DNA of 64,000 nt, from assembly GCF_009914755.1 (NCBI RefSeq), contig NC_060947.1; one strand, 5' to 3'. Position 1 is the first letter of the stretch. Every line of letters begins with the position of its first letter. Both the position numbers and the translations under genes were made by a program. The notes under the pieces were generated by a model, which did not search any database, had not been told where the DNA came from, and worked only from the letters and a program-made list of their open reading frames with translations. The DNA is from the human T2T-CHM13v2.0 reference genome, Homo sapiens. Positions 1 through 11,011 of this stretch are shown piece after piece.

Positions 1-869
1 AGGATGATGAATCCATATCTAACCAATACCTATTCTGCAAGCCCCAACATGGCCAAAACTTCAATACTTGGTGGACATTGATGGCCCACAGAGTCTGCAA
101 ATGAACTCAGGCCTTTCCATCTTCCAAATGAGTTCACAAAGATAAGAAAGATATTTTGTCTGGTGTTCTAAAGGCTTAATAGTGACTTGCATTGGAGTAA
201 TTTGTACAGCATCCTCTGTAAGTCTTGTTTACCAGACACTCACTTCTACCCCTAAGTGTTTCTTAGTGGGCGTTAATTCTAAATTGGTGCCTAAAGGATG
301 GGAGTACTCAAATCTCTCTTGGTCTTCAAAGGAATGGCTGTGGACACAGAGAGACTATACCTTTTCCCACACCATAGGCATGTGCCCTGCAAGTCTCACT
401 CTTGTCACTTCTGGAAAACTGCACGTGGTCTCTGTGACACAGGGCTATTTCCCACTTCTGTTCTTCAACTCTGAGCAACCCTGGGCAGGTCAGAAGTTCT
501 TTCAGGTCATTGTTCTTTCAAGATTCCAAAAAAATTACTTAACACTTCTGGAGCTCCAGAAACGATGATATTTGACGCTCTCTAAATGAGATAAGCAGAT
601 AAGGCTGGAGGCTTGAAGAGGTTCAGCTGGAGAAGACTCATAGGTCAGAGTAGGGAGACTGGACAGAAATGCATACTCTATACCAAGACAGCTCTCATGG
701 AGCCCCAGTGGTGGAACAAGGAAGAGCCTGGAGAAATTTCAGCTTCACTTTCATTCTCCTGAGTGCTATCATCTTGCTTCTCCACTCTGACCATGCAGCC
801 TTTCTTTGTATATTCCAAAAGTCAGAAAATTTGAGGGGGATTATTGGACAGGCCCAGAGTGGGGATCCT

Positions 870-1055
870 TGGACTCCAAGCCCAGTTCTCATTGACTGGC
901 TGTGTGACCTTGGGCATATTAGTTAAGCCTCAGTTTCCTGTAGTGTTAAGTGGGACTATTAAAATGCTTCTTAGAGAAATGGTGGAAAGATTAGATCTAA
1001 GAACATGAAGAACCCAGCACAGTGCCTGACGCATATTTAGTATTAAAACAATTGG
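870..1055 (+). mobile_element. MIR SINE fragment
   Basis: MIR core motifs ctggctgtgtgaccttgggca...agcctcagtttcct and cccagcacagtgcctgac; boundaries approximate. Confidence 0.75.
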
Positions 1056-1429
1056 CAGCATTACATTGATCATCGTTGTCCAGATGCTACATGTTCCCCT
1101 TGGCAGATTTCTTTCTCTCTTTACTGGAGCCCCCCAGAAGAGCTGACATGTTTGTGGACCCAGAAATTGCACCAATCCAAAAAGTCAGAGTAAAAAAAAC
1201 TTGGCAACTTAACGTGCTTGCTTCCATACCCTCTCCCGTCTCACAAGCATGTATGGGTTAACAGTCCAAGGGAGCTGAAGAATGAGAGAATTGCTGTTTA
1301 GCACACAGGCAAGATTTTGTTCCAAGGTCCCAGATTTTGAGTTGGATACTCTCCCGCCTGACAACCCCACCCCACCCCATTTTCAAGAACCCTTTCAGAC
1401 CAGACTTTCCAATTACTCATTTTCTCGTC

Positions 1430-1660
1430 GCTAGAAGCCCTGCCCTTAGCATTCAGACTTTGGAATGCTACCGATGGGAAGATCACTGAGACTGGGCTGT
1501 ATTGCCCTAGCAACCGCGGAGTGCGCCTGCGCAGTGGCATCCCCAGGCCGACAGCTCTAATTAGGCTTCTGCATCTCAACCGGCCAGACTTTGGATACAA
1601 AACGGCATATCTTCCTTCTCCCTGCCGCTCCCCCAGCGAAACGATTGTGTCGTTCTCTTC
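1430..1660. promoter_or_regulatory. CpG-enriched candidate promoter/enhancer with RFX X-box and NRF1 site
   Basis: ATTGCCCTAGCAAC (1501-1514, X-box-like) followed by TGCGCCTGCGCA (1522-1533, NRF1 consensus) within a local cluster of CpGs in otherwise CpG-poor DNA. Confidence 0.5.
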
Positions 1661-2439
1661 CTGAGGCTGATGAAAATGTGAGGAATGTCTTCCAACTCTC
1701 TCCCATCTAATAGGAGGTAGCAGATGGGAGTAGCCCCCGGTGATTAAATGGATGAAAAAGGCAGAAAGCTTCTGTGTGCCAGGAAATGAAGACATATAGA
1801 TCCTACACTACCGGTAGGCAGCAGCCATCCCTCTGTAATAAGTGATTTTCCATATGACACTCATCCTTATACCAGGGCTCCGTCTCAGAAATTGTTACCT
1901 GCTGGCTCTCTAGGGAAGGCTTATGGGGAGCTATGAGACAGGTTAGAAGCTGTAAGGGGGATCAGAATGAAGACAGCCTAAATGCAAACACTCACCTTAA
2001 CAGCTTGGGTGCTGAAATAAACTGCATTGGCAGAGGATCCCCTGCAGAGTTCCTCCAGGTAGATTTTTCAGTCTGACTGAAGGTGCAAGGCCATTGTTGG
2101 CTCTCAAGAGTCACTCTGAGGATATGGGCCCTTGTTACCTCTGCCACAGAGTTATTTCTCCCACTCCTCCTTTAAAGTCATTGTCTTTCTGAGCTATTTC
2201 AAATTCTTCACAGGTGCTTTACACGCTGCTTCTGTCTTCACTAGCAGTCCTTCCCTTCCTCTCCCCAACCTCAGATCTTACAATAGATGTCACTAAAGCA
2301 CATCTTGTCCCCAGCCCTCCATACCACTTCATCCTTCCCACCACTATTCCTGACTACTTTCCCACTCATCCAGGCTTGACACCCCTGCACCTTCCCCAGA
2401 CTATCTTAGATGCCATCACCTTCCCACTATCCTTCCCAG

Positions 2440-2660
2440 CACTTAAAATCGGGAGTTATTCTTGTGGACTCTCATAGAACTCTGAGCTTATGCCTATTAT
2501 GCCACTTTCCATAGCATAATATAATTGCTTGTTTACTTCCATGAGCCCTCCCCCTTAAGCTCTGGAGCCCAGCTGGGTCTTCTTCACTCTTTTATTCCCA
2601 GCACACAGCACTGTTCTCAGAGCATGGCAGGTGCTTAATGCCTATAGAATAAATGAATGC
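2440..2660 (+). mobile_element. L2 LINE 3' end fragment
   Basis: tcttcactcttttattcccagcac...gcatggcaggtgcttaat...gaataaatgaatg resembles the L2 3' terminus. Confidence 0.6.
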
Positions 2661-2688
2661 ACAAGCATAGGGTCTAATTCATTATGCT

Positions 2689-2694
2689 TTTATT
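2689..2694 (-). terminator. Probable MAGEE2 polyadenylation signal AATAAA
   Basis: TTTATT on + strand about 470 bp past the stop codon, at the end of an AT-rich 3' UTR-like stretch. Confidence 0.6.
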
Positions 2695-3165
2695 GCAAAT
2701 ACAGGTAAATGACAGTTTTGTGTATATATATATTTGTGTATATATAGTTGTATATATGTATACGGCAGTAGACACAAAGGGAGAGCAATCACAGATCAGT
2801 GGTTTTGTGTTTGTTTTGTTGTGTGTGTGTCATTGTTATTTAACTCCTGTACCAGACCATTTTACTGATTATTTCAAAGATGTAAATATTATCAATACAT
2901 TTTACAGAGCTGTCTGAACTTTTATGCTGAAACAAGACCGGGATGGCAAATGAAAAATTCCATTTATAAATATTGGTCATTAACCTAATCCAAGAGTATA
3001 TTAAAAGGAAGGAAATACTACTAGAATTGGAACACAGACAGCAAGCACAATTTGTACTTCCCACACAAGCCCTACCTGGATTCTAATTTAGAGCCCCAAT
3101 GCCTATTTTACCAAGGCATCTTTAACTTATGCCACTCAGCTGAAGTGATACATATTCCCTAGACT

Positions 3166-4737
3166 TCACGTGGGGTCAAGGAAAAACATGATAGTTGCCT
3201 CAGATTTGGCTCTGGCCTCCTCATCTTCCACAGCCTCCCTATATTGTTCTGGCCAGTTCTGTGGTCGCTTTCTGTAGAGCCTGGCCATGTACTCCAAGAC
3301 TTTCATTTTGATGGTTTCATGGTGAGCTCGAGGACCCCATAGAAGCTCATATTCAACTGGATTAGAGTAGGACAGTGGCCTGCATTCCAGATAGCGCTGT
3401 CTCATAAGCTTACGGGTGATGGAATGCTTTCTCCCTACATCCACACTAAATCTTCGAAGCAAGTTCCAGACATTGGCCTCTTTGACACGGTTGCCCATCA
3501 GGAAGATCAAACCTAGGATTGGCATTACATATTCTTGAGTGGGTCTCCCCAGGCTCTCTAGCATCACTTGCTCTTCCTCTGATTCTGGTTGCTGGACAAG
3601 GAGGTAGATGTGCTCACTGGTATCAACCTCAATCAGAGACAACCCATAGAACATATCAAGAATTAGAGTAGCTCTATTGAGGATATTTGGGAACACATCC
3701 TCAAATTCTTTGCCAGTGTGAGCCAATAGCTCATCCTGATGTATAGGCAGCATCTCCTCAGTGACACTAATAGCCAACTGGACCAAATCATTTGCCTTAT
3801 CATTCATAGTGTCCTCCGACCAGAACTCTAAGCCAGCAGTCAGGCTTCTTTCTTTGGTTTTGTCACCTTCCAGGGCCTTATTATATTCTTCTGGCCAGCT
3901 CCAGGGTTCTTCATCATGGGCATCTGACACAAACTTCAGGGCTTCCATCTTTGTGATTTCCCTGTGGGCTCTAGAGCCCCACAAGAACTCAAACTCAAGG
4001 GGATTAGTGCCATACACCGGCCAGTACTCCAAGAATCGCATGCACACAAAGTCAGTAGTGAGGAGGTTCCTTGTGTTCCCAAAGAGGTTGTTGATCCTCT
4101 GAGGCTTATCCCACATATCAACTTTTAGCAGCAAGTCCCAAATGGAGGCCTCTCTTGCTCGGTTCCCATTCAAGAGGATGTGGCCTAGGACTAGGGCCAG
4201 GAGACTTGCTTTTGGCATGTCCAGGGACTCCGCTATCCTATCGGTGATCTGGAAACCCCGTTTGCTGACTAAATTGTAGGTGTCAGCCTGAGGATCAATA
4301 ACTCTCAGGTTCAACCCAAAGACCTGGTCCAGGTGAGCTGAGGCTCGTCTGAGGATCTCAGGGAACTGATCTGAGTACTCTCTGAGAAACTCCAGCATCT
4401 CGGACTGCTGGATAGACCCCTCCGTCTGGCTTTTCATTCTCATGAAATTCACCAAAGCAATCGACCTGTCTTCTAGAGGGTCATGGACCCTGAGCGCCCC
4501 CAAACGTCTGGACTGCTCGTCGATCAGGACCTCCAGGTCATTCGGGTCCTGAACGGCCTGGGAAGTGTTGACACACTGAGAGTTGATTGGCGCCTGAGGG
4601 CACTGGGGGGCATCAACGACTAGCATGGAGGTGGGGGACCCGGAGGCGTTAGTAGCTTGTATTTCACCTCTGCCGTCGCCGTAATCTGCAGTGATCTCTG
4701 CGCTACAGTGGCGTGCATTCTGGCTTACCAGAGACAT
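3166..4737 (-). CDS. MAGEE2: Melanoma-associated antigen E2 (type II MAGE), single coding exon, two MAGE homology domains
   Basis: 523 aa ORF starting MSLVSQNARHCSAEIT; duplicated MAGE motifs NPLEFEFLWGSRAHREITKM / NPVEYELLWGPRAHHETIKM and PWSWPEEYNKAL / PQNWPEQYREAV; length and two-domain architecture match MAGEE2. Confidence 0.96.
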   Translation of the reverse strand: MSLVSQNARHCSAEITADYGDGRGEIQATNASGSPTSMLVVDAPQCPQAPINSQCVNTSQAVQDPNDLEVLIDEQSRRLGALRVHDPLEDRSIALVNFMRMKSQTEGSIQQSEMLEFLREYSDQFPEILRRASAHLDQVFGLNLRVIDPQADTYNLVSKRGFQITDRIAESLDMPKASLLALVLGHILLNGNRAREASIWDLLLKVDMWDKPQRINNLFGNTRNLLTTDFVCMRFLEYWPVYGTNPLEFEFLWGSRAHREITKMEALKFVSDAHDEEPWSWPEEYNKALEGDKTKERSLTAGLEFWSEDTMNDKANDLVQLAISVTEEMLPIHQDELLAHTGKEFEDVFPNILNRATLILDMFYGLSLIEVDTSEHIYLLVQQPESEEEQVMLESLGRPTQEYVMPILGLIFLMGNRVKEANVWNLLRRFSVDVGRKHSITRKLMRQRYLECRPLSYSNPVEYELLWGPRAHHETIKMKVLEYMARLYRKRPQNWPEQYREAVEDEEARAKSEATIMFFLDPT

Positions 4738-5030
4738 GGTTCCAGGAGACAGGAGCGGGAACGGTGAGATCAGCGATCAGTCGGAGAGAGGACCGCAGCA
4801 GTGTTGGTGCCTCGGCACAAAGCTGAAGCCCGAGACCCTGGAGCTGGAAGGATCAAAAGTGAAATCTGGTGTGAAGAGCGATCTTTCTACACAAGTGCTG
4901 GCCAGCAACGACTGCAAGCCTCAGAGCGTTATTTTGCCGCAGCCTACGCAGGCGCAGTCAGTCTTTGCATTGTGGTGGCCACGCCCCACTCCTCGTCTTC
5001 CATGCTTTGTCTCTCATTCCTGCCCCCTCA
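4738..5030 (-). promoter_or_regulatory. MAGEE2 5' UTR / CpG-enriched proximal promoter
   Basis: CpG-rich stretch upstream of the ATG; NRF1-like TACGCAGGCGCA (4945-4956) and SP/KLF box GGCCACGCCCC (4977-4987); TSS not directly visible. Confidence 0.6.
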
Positions 5031-5223
5031 CCTCTGAAGGGCAGGCTAGGCTGGTTGAAGTGGTTGCTGCTGAATTCGAACTTGTTAGAGAAGAGAATTC
5101 GAGAAATGGAGTAACAGATATAGCAAAAGGGTCAAGGGATGAGGAGCCGTTCAGTGATGCTCCCTCCACTTGAAGTTTTTCTGTGGGGCTTAAAGCACCA
5201 TGCTATCAGGCGGTAGAGGATTC

Positions 5224-5274
5224 AGAGAGGAGGAGGAGGAGCAGAAGGTGGAGGAAGGGAGGAGGAGGAGGAGG
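5224..5274. repeat. GA-rich (GAG)n low-complexity tract
   Basis: agagaggaggaggaggagcagaaggtggaggaagggaggaggaggaggaggg. Confidence 0.8.
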
Positions 5275-5316
5275 GCGCTAACGATTAGAATTATTTCACA
5301 GACTCGTTAAAGCTTC

Positions 5317-5430
5317 CATTCACTCAACAGATATTTACTGACCACATGCCACATGCCAGGCACAGTGCTGTACATCAGAATACAAACATAGTGATTTTTC
5401 CCTTTTTGTGTGGAGCTTACATTCTGGGGT
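5317..5430 (-). mobile_element. L2 3' end fragment
   Basis: cattcactcaacagatatttactga...tgccaggcacagtgct...tggagcttacattct is the reverse-complement L2 tail. Confidence 0.7.
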
Positions 5431-5444
5431 ATGTTCAAACAATG

Positions 5445-5700
5445 GTAATAATAATGAGAGATAACACTTATGGAGCACTGACTATGTGCAGGCACTCTTT
5501 CTGGTGCTTTCATTTTCCTCATACTTATTCATATAATGCTAGCTCTTAGATAGCTACTCTTAATGATCCTCATTTTACAGATGAGGAAACTGGGTCATGG
5601 AGGTAAATGTACCTGTCCAAAGTCAAGCAGCAATAAATGAAAGAGACCACTCAGGTCTGTCAGTCTCAAGCATATTACTTTCTCTCACACCATCTGATCT
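5445..5700 (-). mobile_element. MIR SINE
   Basis: ataacacttatggagcactgactatgtgcaggcact...cattttacagatgaggaaactggg...ccaaagtca. Confidence 0.8.
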
Positions 5701-7324
5701 TTAACCTTATTTATTAAACATGACTCATAAAATAGATGAAAATAGGTGCTCTGATGGAGGGTCAATTAACATGTGATACAAACACAGAGGTAAGTATTGA
5801 ATTACAGCTTAGTCTGGGGTATGTTAAATTGCGGGCAGTTTCCAATAAAGCCTCAAGAAGGAGTTGAGCTCTAAGTGATGAATAAATGGGAAGGGTTTAT
5901 AGTAGTATTCTAACCTGAAGTAACAGCAACAGGAAAGGCCTAGAGGAGTGTAGGTACAAGTTTGTGTAACAGCCACTCACCACGGTGACTAGAGCCAGAG
6001 TGCACTAGAATGGGTGGTAGATGAGGATGAAGGTTGCTAGACAGTAAGGATTGGATTTTCTGTTCTTCACTTAGTATGTCAAAGCTTGTTGTGGCCCCAC
6101 AGGGCAGGAATGGCAGCGTCAGAATAGAAGCTATTTATTCAGAGGGTTTATGTATGTGTATGCGTGCCAGCACACGTGTGTTTGGGGAGGCATAATCCAA
6201 ACACTTTTGCCAGGAAGAGGTGAGTCAGCTGCTTTATTTTCTGAGAGCTCTACTAAAATAGTTGGGCTAAAACATAGGTGTAATCCTAGACTTCAATCAT
6301 CAAGTTGAAGACTATGATGGTTGCATTTTTCAGTGCGGCATTGGAAAGGGAAAAGATTTATATAGGGTTGCCATCTGCAGTTACAATTGAAATTCTTCCT
6401 TAAATTCTTGATGGTAATGAATACTGTTACATTCCACAGAACATTACATTCAGTAATCTTATGCCCTGGAATTCCTTCAGAGGCTACTGTCTTCACATGT
6501 GGGGGTTACTCACCTCTGAAATTGTCTACATCCCAGGTGCTTTCTTCAGTACTGAAGTAGGTAACTCAGGGCCACGAATTTAGTCAAACTAGGCTAAAGA
6601 GATCAATGTTTACACAAATGAATGTGCATGTTCTAGACGGTAGAAATGTGTGGTTTGTATGCTGATCCTTTTTTCGGGGAGAGTGTTGTAGAAACCAGCA
6701 CTGTCTTCCAAGCTGCTACAAAGGTATGATTAAGGCCAGACCTGATGGGGCCCTTCACCCTGGTCTTTACCCTTCCCCAGAAGGGCTCCTGTTCCTTGTC
6801 TTAGATAGGTGCTTCCCAGGGGGCAAATTGAGATAAGATCTTTAAGCTCTCTAGTTATAAACAAAAACAAACAATTTGGTACATTTTCCCCCTGAAATTC
6901 AGCTCACAGTTTGTCGCGAGTTGAACCTCCTACTACTCCCTCCATCTAATAAAGAAAAGCAACATTGAATGGCAGCATCTTATCTCTGAAATGACATCCT
7001 GATCCCATTCCACAGCATTGAAACCCTTAACAAGTTGGTCGCTACTTGGCTCTCTATCTTCATCTTTATTCCCCAGTACATCCTTCCATGATATCTTCTT
7101 CCTGGCCATATTGAGCTACACTTCTTGTCTCAGCTATTTCTATTCTACAAGTTTCTAAAAAGTTCTAGTTATTGTTAAATGAATAACAAAAAGCTGTCTC
7201 TGTGACTGTGACATATGGCATGTTTTCCGCTCTTTAAGTATAATGTAAAAAAGATGAGATCATGCTCTCCATTCTGAACTTTTTTTGATGCTTCCTGACC
7301 TCCTTTTTATACATTTCCAGAACA

Positions 7325-8090
7325 ATTTTAATAAAGTGTTTTTTCACGTTAATATTGAAATATGGCATACACAGAGTAAACAAATCATGAATGTAGAGCT
7401 TGATAAATTATGATAAATTTAACATACCATCTGACCATGATGCCACTCAAGAAACAGACCATTACAGCATCTCAGAAGCTCCCATGACACTCCCTCCCAA
7501 TCTCTTCCCACTCATTTGTCCTGAGAGAAAACCCCTGTTCAGACTTCTAGCATCACAGTTAGTTTTGCCTCCACCCAAACTTTGACTAATATTAGTAGAA
7601 TTATACATCATATATTTATTTGTATTTATCTTTTTCCAACAAAATCCTACACTGTGTTATTTACCCATGTTGTATATAAAAGTAGTTTTTTCATTATCAT
7701 TACTATATAGTTTACCATTGTAGAAATATGTACCACAACTTACCCTGTCAACTGTTGATGGGCATTTGCTTTGTTTCCCATTTGTGGCTATTGCAAGTAA
7801 TGTTACTATGAACCTTTTTGCACTTTTCTTTTAGTTTATGTGTATATTTATGTTGGAAATAAGTCTATGAGTAAAATTACTAGGTCACAAGTATGTATAT
7901 TTTTAGTTTTCATAGATATTACCAGAGAGTTTTTCAAAATTCTTGCATCAGTTTGTACTCCATGTAGTGCATAAAAATTTCTATTGCTCTGTATTCTTGT
8001 CCACACTTGGTATTATTGTTCTGTTTGATTGTAGGCATTCTGGTGGGTGCATTGTGGTATATCATTATAATTTTTTTTACTCATATTTAG
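7325..8090 (-). mobile_element. Ancient L1M (L1ME-like) 3' end
   Basis: cagaccattacagcatctcagaagctccc, gttgatgggcatttg...tttccca, taggcattctggtgggtgcattgtggtatatcatt; highly diverged. Confidence 0.65.
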
Positions 8091-8799
8091 CTTTTTAAAA
8101 AACACTTTTCATAAAAAGCTGGTCATTTATCTTATCAGGCTAATGGTTATTAAAGGCAGAATATTAAGAAGTATGGGAGTATGAGTAGCTAGAAGGTAGC
8201 CTCAAGAAGTGATAATTGATAGATAATTCAAATGGAAGGAGATGGAAACAATGTTCATAGCTGACATTGTGACTGAAATACTATGTTATCTGAGGGCATT
8301 CAGTGCAAGGACAGAAATGCCTAGATGTTCTAATTTTTCTCAAATTCTTTACTGTATAGTATAATCATGAATGACCTCGACTTACCAAGAAAAGTTAACT
8401 TTTGTTTAAGAGGGCAGATAAGTAAGTATTACAGAATTTTAAATCCAGAAAATCATAACTTTTTTTAAAAAAAAGATTGGTGCTCAAGTGAACATTATAA
8501 TTACATAGAAAATTCACATACATAAAATATCATCCCTGGATGACATTGTATGGCTATAATATTGTGGTAGCTATACCCCAAATTTTTATATTTATTTCTT
8601 TATATCTAAAATTGTAATAAGCATTTAGATTCAATTCATTTTTAAGCAATAATATTTATTCAGTTTCAAATAACAAGACCTGATTATTATTAAGTTGGAG
8701 TATACAAGAACATGTCAAAATTTTTTTGAATATCCATGATTCCACCCACCCGAGATATTTGTTTTTAACATTTTAGTATTTGTTCTTCTAATTTTCTCT

Positions 8800-10490
8800 T
8801 TTTTCATACTTTTATTAAATACAACATTTCTATATAAAAGTGTGTAAATTATAAGTATGCAGGTCAATGAATTTTCATAAGTTGGACATATTTGTATGAC
8901 AAGCAGCCAGTCAACAAACAGAATATTACCAGCAACCAGAGGTCCCCCTTACACCTCCTTCCACTCATTTGAAGACCCTCTGTCCCAAGAGTAAACATCA
9001 TCTTAAGTTTTAACACCATAGATTCATTTTTGCCCATTTCTAAACTCTATATAATTGGAATTATACAGTATAGTTATTTTCGTGTCTAACATCTTTTAGT
9101 GAATATTATGTTTGTGAGATTCATGCATACTGTTGTTTATGATTATAAAACATTCGATTGTTTGCCTTATAGCTTTCTATTTTTTGAACATATATATTTT
9201 TACTCATTATAATGGCAATGGGCATTTGGGTAATTTCCAGTTTTTGGAATAAATAGTGCTGCTTTTAATATTCTAGTATATGTCATTTCATGAACTTTTG
9301 CATACACTCATATTGGGTACTTAGGAACACAATTTTTGGATCACAGATTATGCATACTTTCAGCTACTTTGAAGAATTCCCAGAAGGAGTCACACCAATT
9401 TGTACTCTCATAAGCAGAGAATGAGTGTTCTGGTTTCTCCATGTCTTAACCAATACTTGCTTTTTTTTTCCTTTTTCATGATAACTATTTTAATGAGTGG
9501 TGAAGCAGTATGGTATTATGATTTTAATTTACCTATCACTGGTAACAAATAACACTGACCTCATTTTTATGTGTTTATCAGCCACTTGGATATTCTCTTT
9601 TGTGAGATACTTGTTCAAGTGTTTTGCCCATTTTTTTCAACTGATCTGTCTTTCTTTTCTTGTTGACTTGTAAAGTTTTGTACTTTATAGATACAAGTCT
9701 TTTGTCAAATATATGTACTGCAAATGTTTTATCTCATATATTGGTTACATTTTCACAGTCTTAATGTTATCTTTCAATGAGCAGAAGTTCTTAGTCATTG
9801 TGTAGTCCACATTATCAATTAATTTCCTATGTGATTAGTGCTTTATGAGCTATGTTTAAAAAATCTTTGTGTATACCAAGGTGACAATGAGGTATTTCTG
9901 TGCCTTCTTCAAATACGATTTATTGTTTTACCTTTTATTTTGAGATGTAAAAATTATCTGGAATTTATTTTTGAGTATGATGTAAGGTAAGAGGTCGAGT
10001 TTTCATTTTATTTCCACCACATGGTAAATGGTAAAATACCACACCAATTTTCAATTTATGAAGCACCATTATTGCAAAAAAGAAAACCCAGCTTTCATCA
10101 TGGCATTGTAGTATCATGCTTATCGTAAATCAGGTGATCAAATATGTATGGGCTTTTTTATATCTTCTCAATGTTGTTCCATTTCTCAGGTTGTTTATCT
10201 TGCAATAATACCACACTGTCTTAATTGTTTTAATTTGATAGGTATTACTATATGGTAATGTTAGTTTTCTAGTTCTTATTAAATATTGCATTGACTATTC
10301 ATGCCCCATTGCATTTTATTTAAATTTTAGAATTTATTATCAACATTCATACTTGAGAAGCCTTGGAATTTTGTCATTTCCCAATTTAAGAGAGTCAGTA
10401 TTTTTAAAATATCAAGTCTTACAATCCCTTAATATGGTGTACCCCTTCATGTATTTTGATCTCTAATTTTTCTCAATATGCTTTTGAGTA
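8800..10490 (-). mobile_element. Ancient L1M (L1ME-like) 3' end plus ORF2 C-terminal remnant
   Basis: Second L1ME-type 3' UTR (cagaatattaccagcaaccaga...) continuing into ORF2-like ttgttcaagtgttttgcccatttt and taccacactgtcttaatt. Confidence 0.65.
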
Positions 10491-10494
10491 TAAA

Positions 10495-11010
10495 TGCCCT
10501 CTAGATATTGACAACCAAGGATATACCTGTAGTTGAACAAATTGGGTTTATTGCTCATTAAAGGGACAACACACATTATGGAGAATTGTCTCAGTAAGTG
10601 GATGTGAAAGGGACTTATTATGAGATCTGAGCTTCATTTGTGTGATTTGGTGGAGGATGTAAAGGATGTGGGTGTTCACTCAGGATTGGATTCTGACAGG
10701 AACTAGGGGAATTCTATGTTTGGGTGTCTTAACAAATCTTATCTAGAAGGACAGAAGCTTAGAATAAGGCTAAGAATATAATTGGTAAAGGAGTGACACT
10801 CACTCATGTTAGCAAGGATATAGGTATGCTTGGTAATTTTTGTTGCAGAGACAATCTACATATTTTAATGTGCTCAGATCTGATTATACAGTAGTTATGT
10901 TTTTGTCTTGATCAGTTTTGGTCATAGATTGGTCTTATCTGAAGTTGGTGATGTGTGAAAATGTTCATGTTCAACAGGAGAGCACCAAGGCTTATCTGAT
11001 AGTATACCAG
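10495..11010. mobile_element. ERVL-class LTR fragment (MER76-like)
   Basis: gggtttattgctc...ggacttattatgagatctg...ggattggattctgacagg...aaatcttatctagaagg...taattggtaaag resembles MER76 from memory; subfamily uncertain. Confidence 0.45.
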
Positions 11011-11011
11011 G

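Noticed and set aside
182-568. 128 aa ORF
   Set aside because: Non-ATG start, no recognisable domain; consistent with chance.
1298-1795. 165 aa minus-strand ORF over the CpG-rich patch
   Set aside because: No recognisable homology; GC-rich DNA yields long chance ORFs.
2718-2762. TGTATATA Pumilio-like motifs in the MAGEE2 3' UTR region
   Set aside because: They read on the plus strand, antisense to the mRNA; simple TA/TG repeat.
4691-5173. 160 aa plus-strand ORF antisense to the MAGEE2 5' region
   Set aside because: GTG start, overlaps the promoter, no domain.
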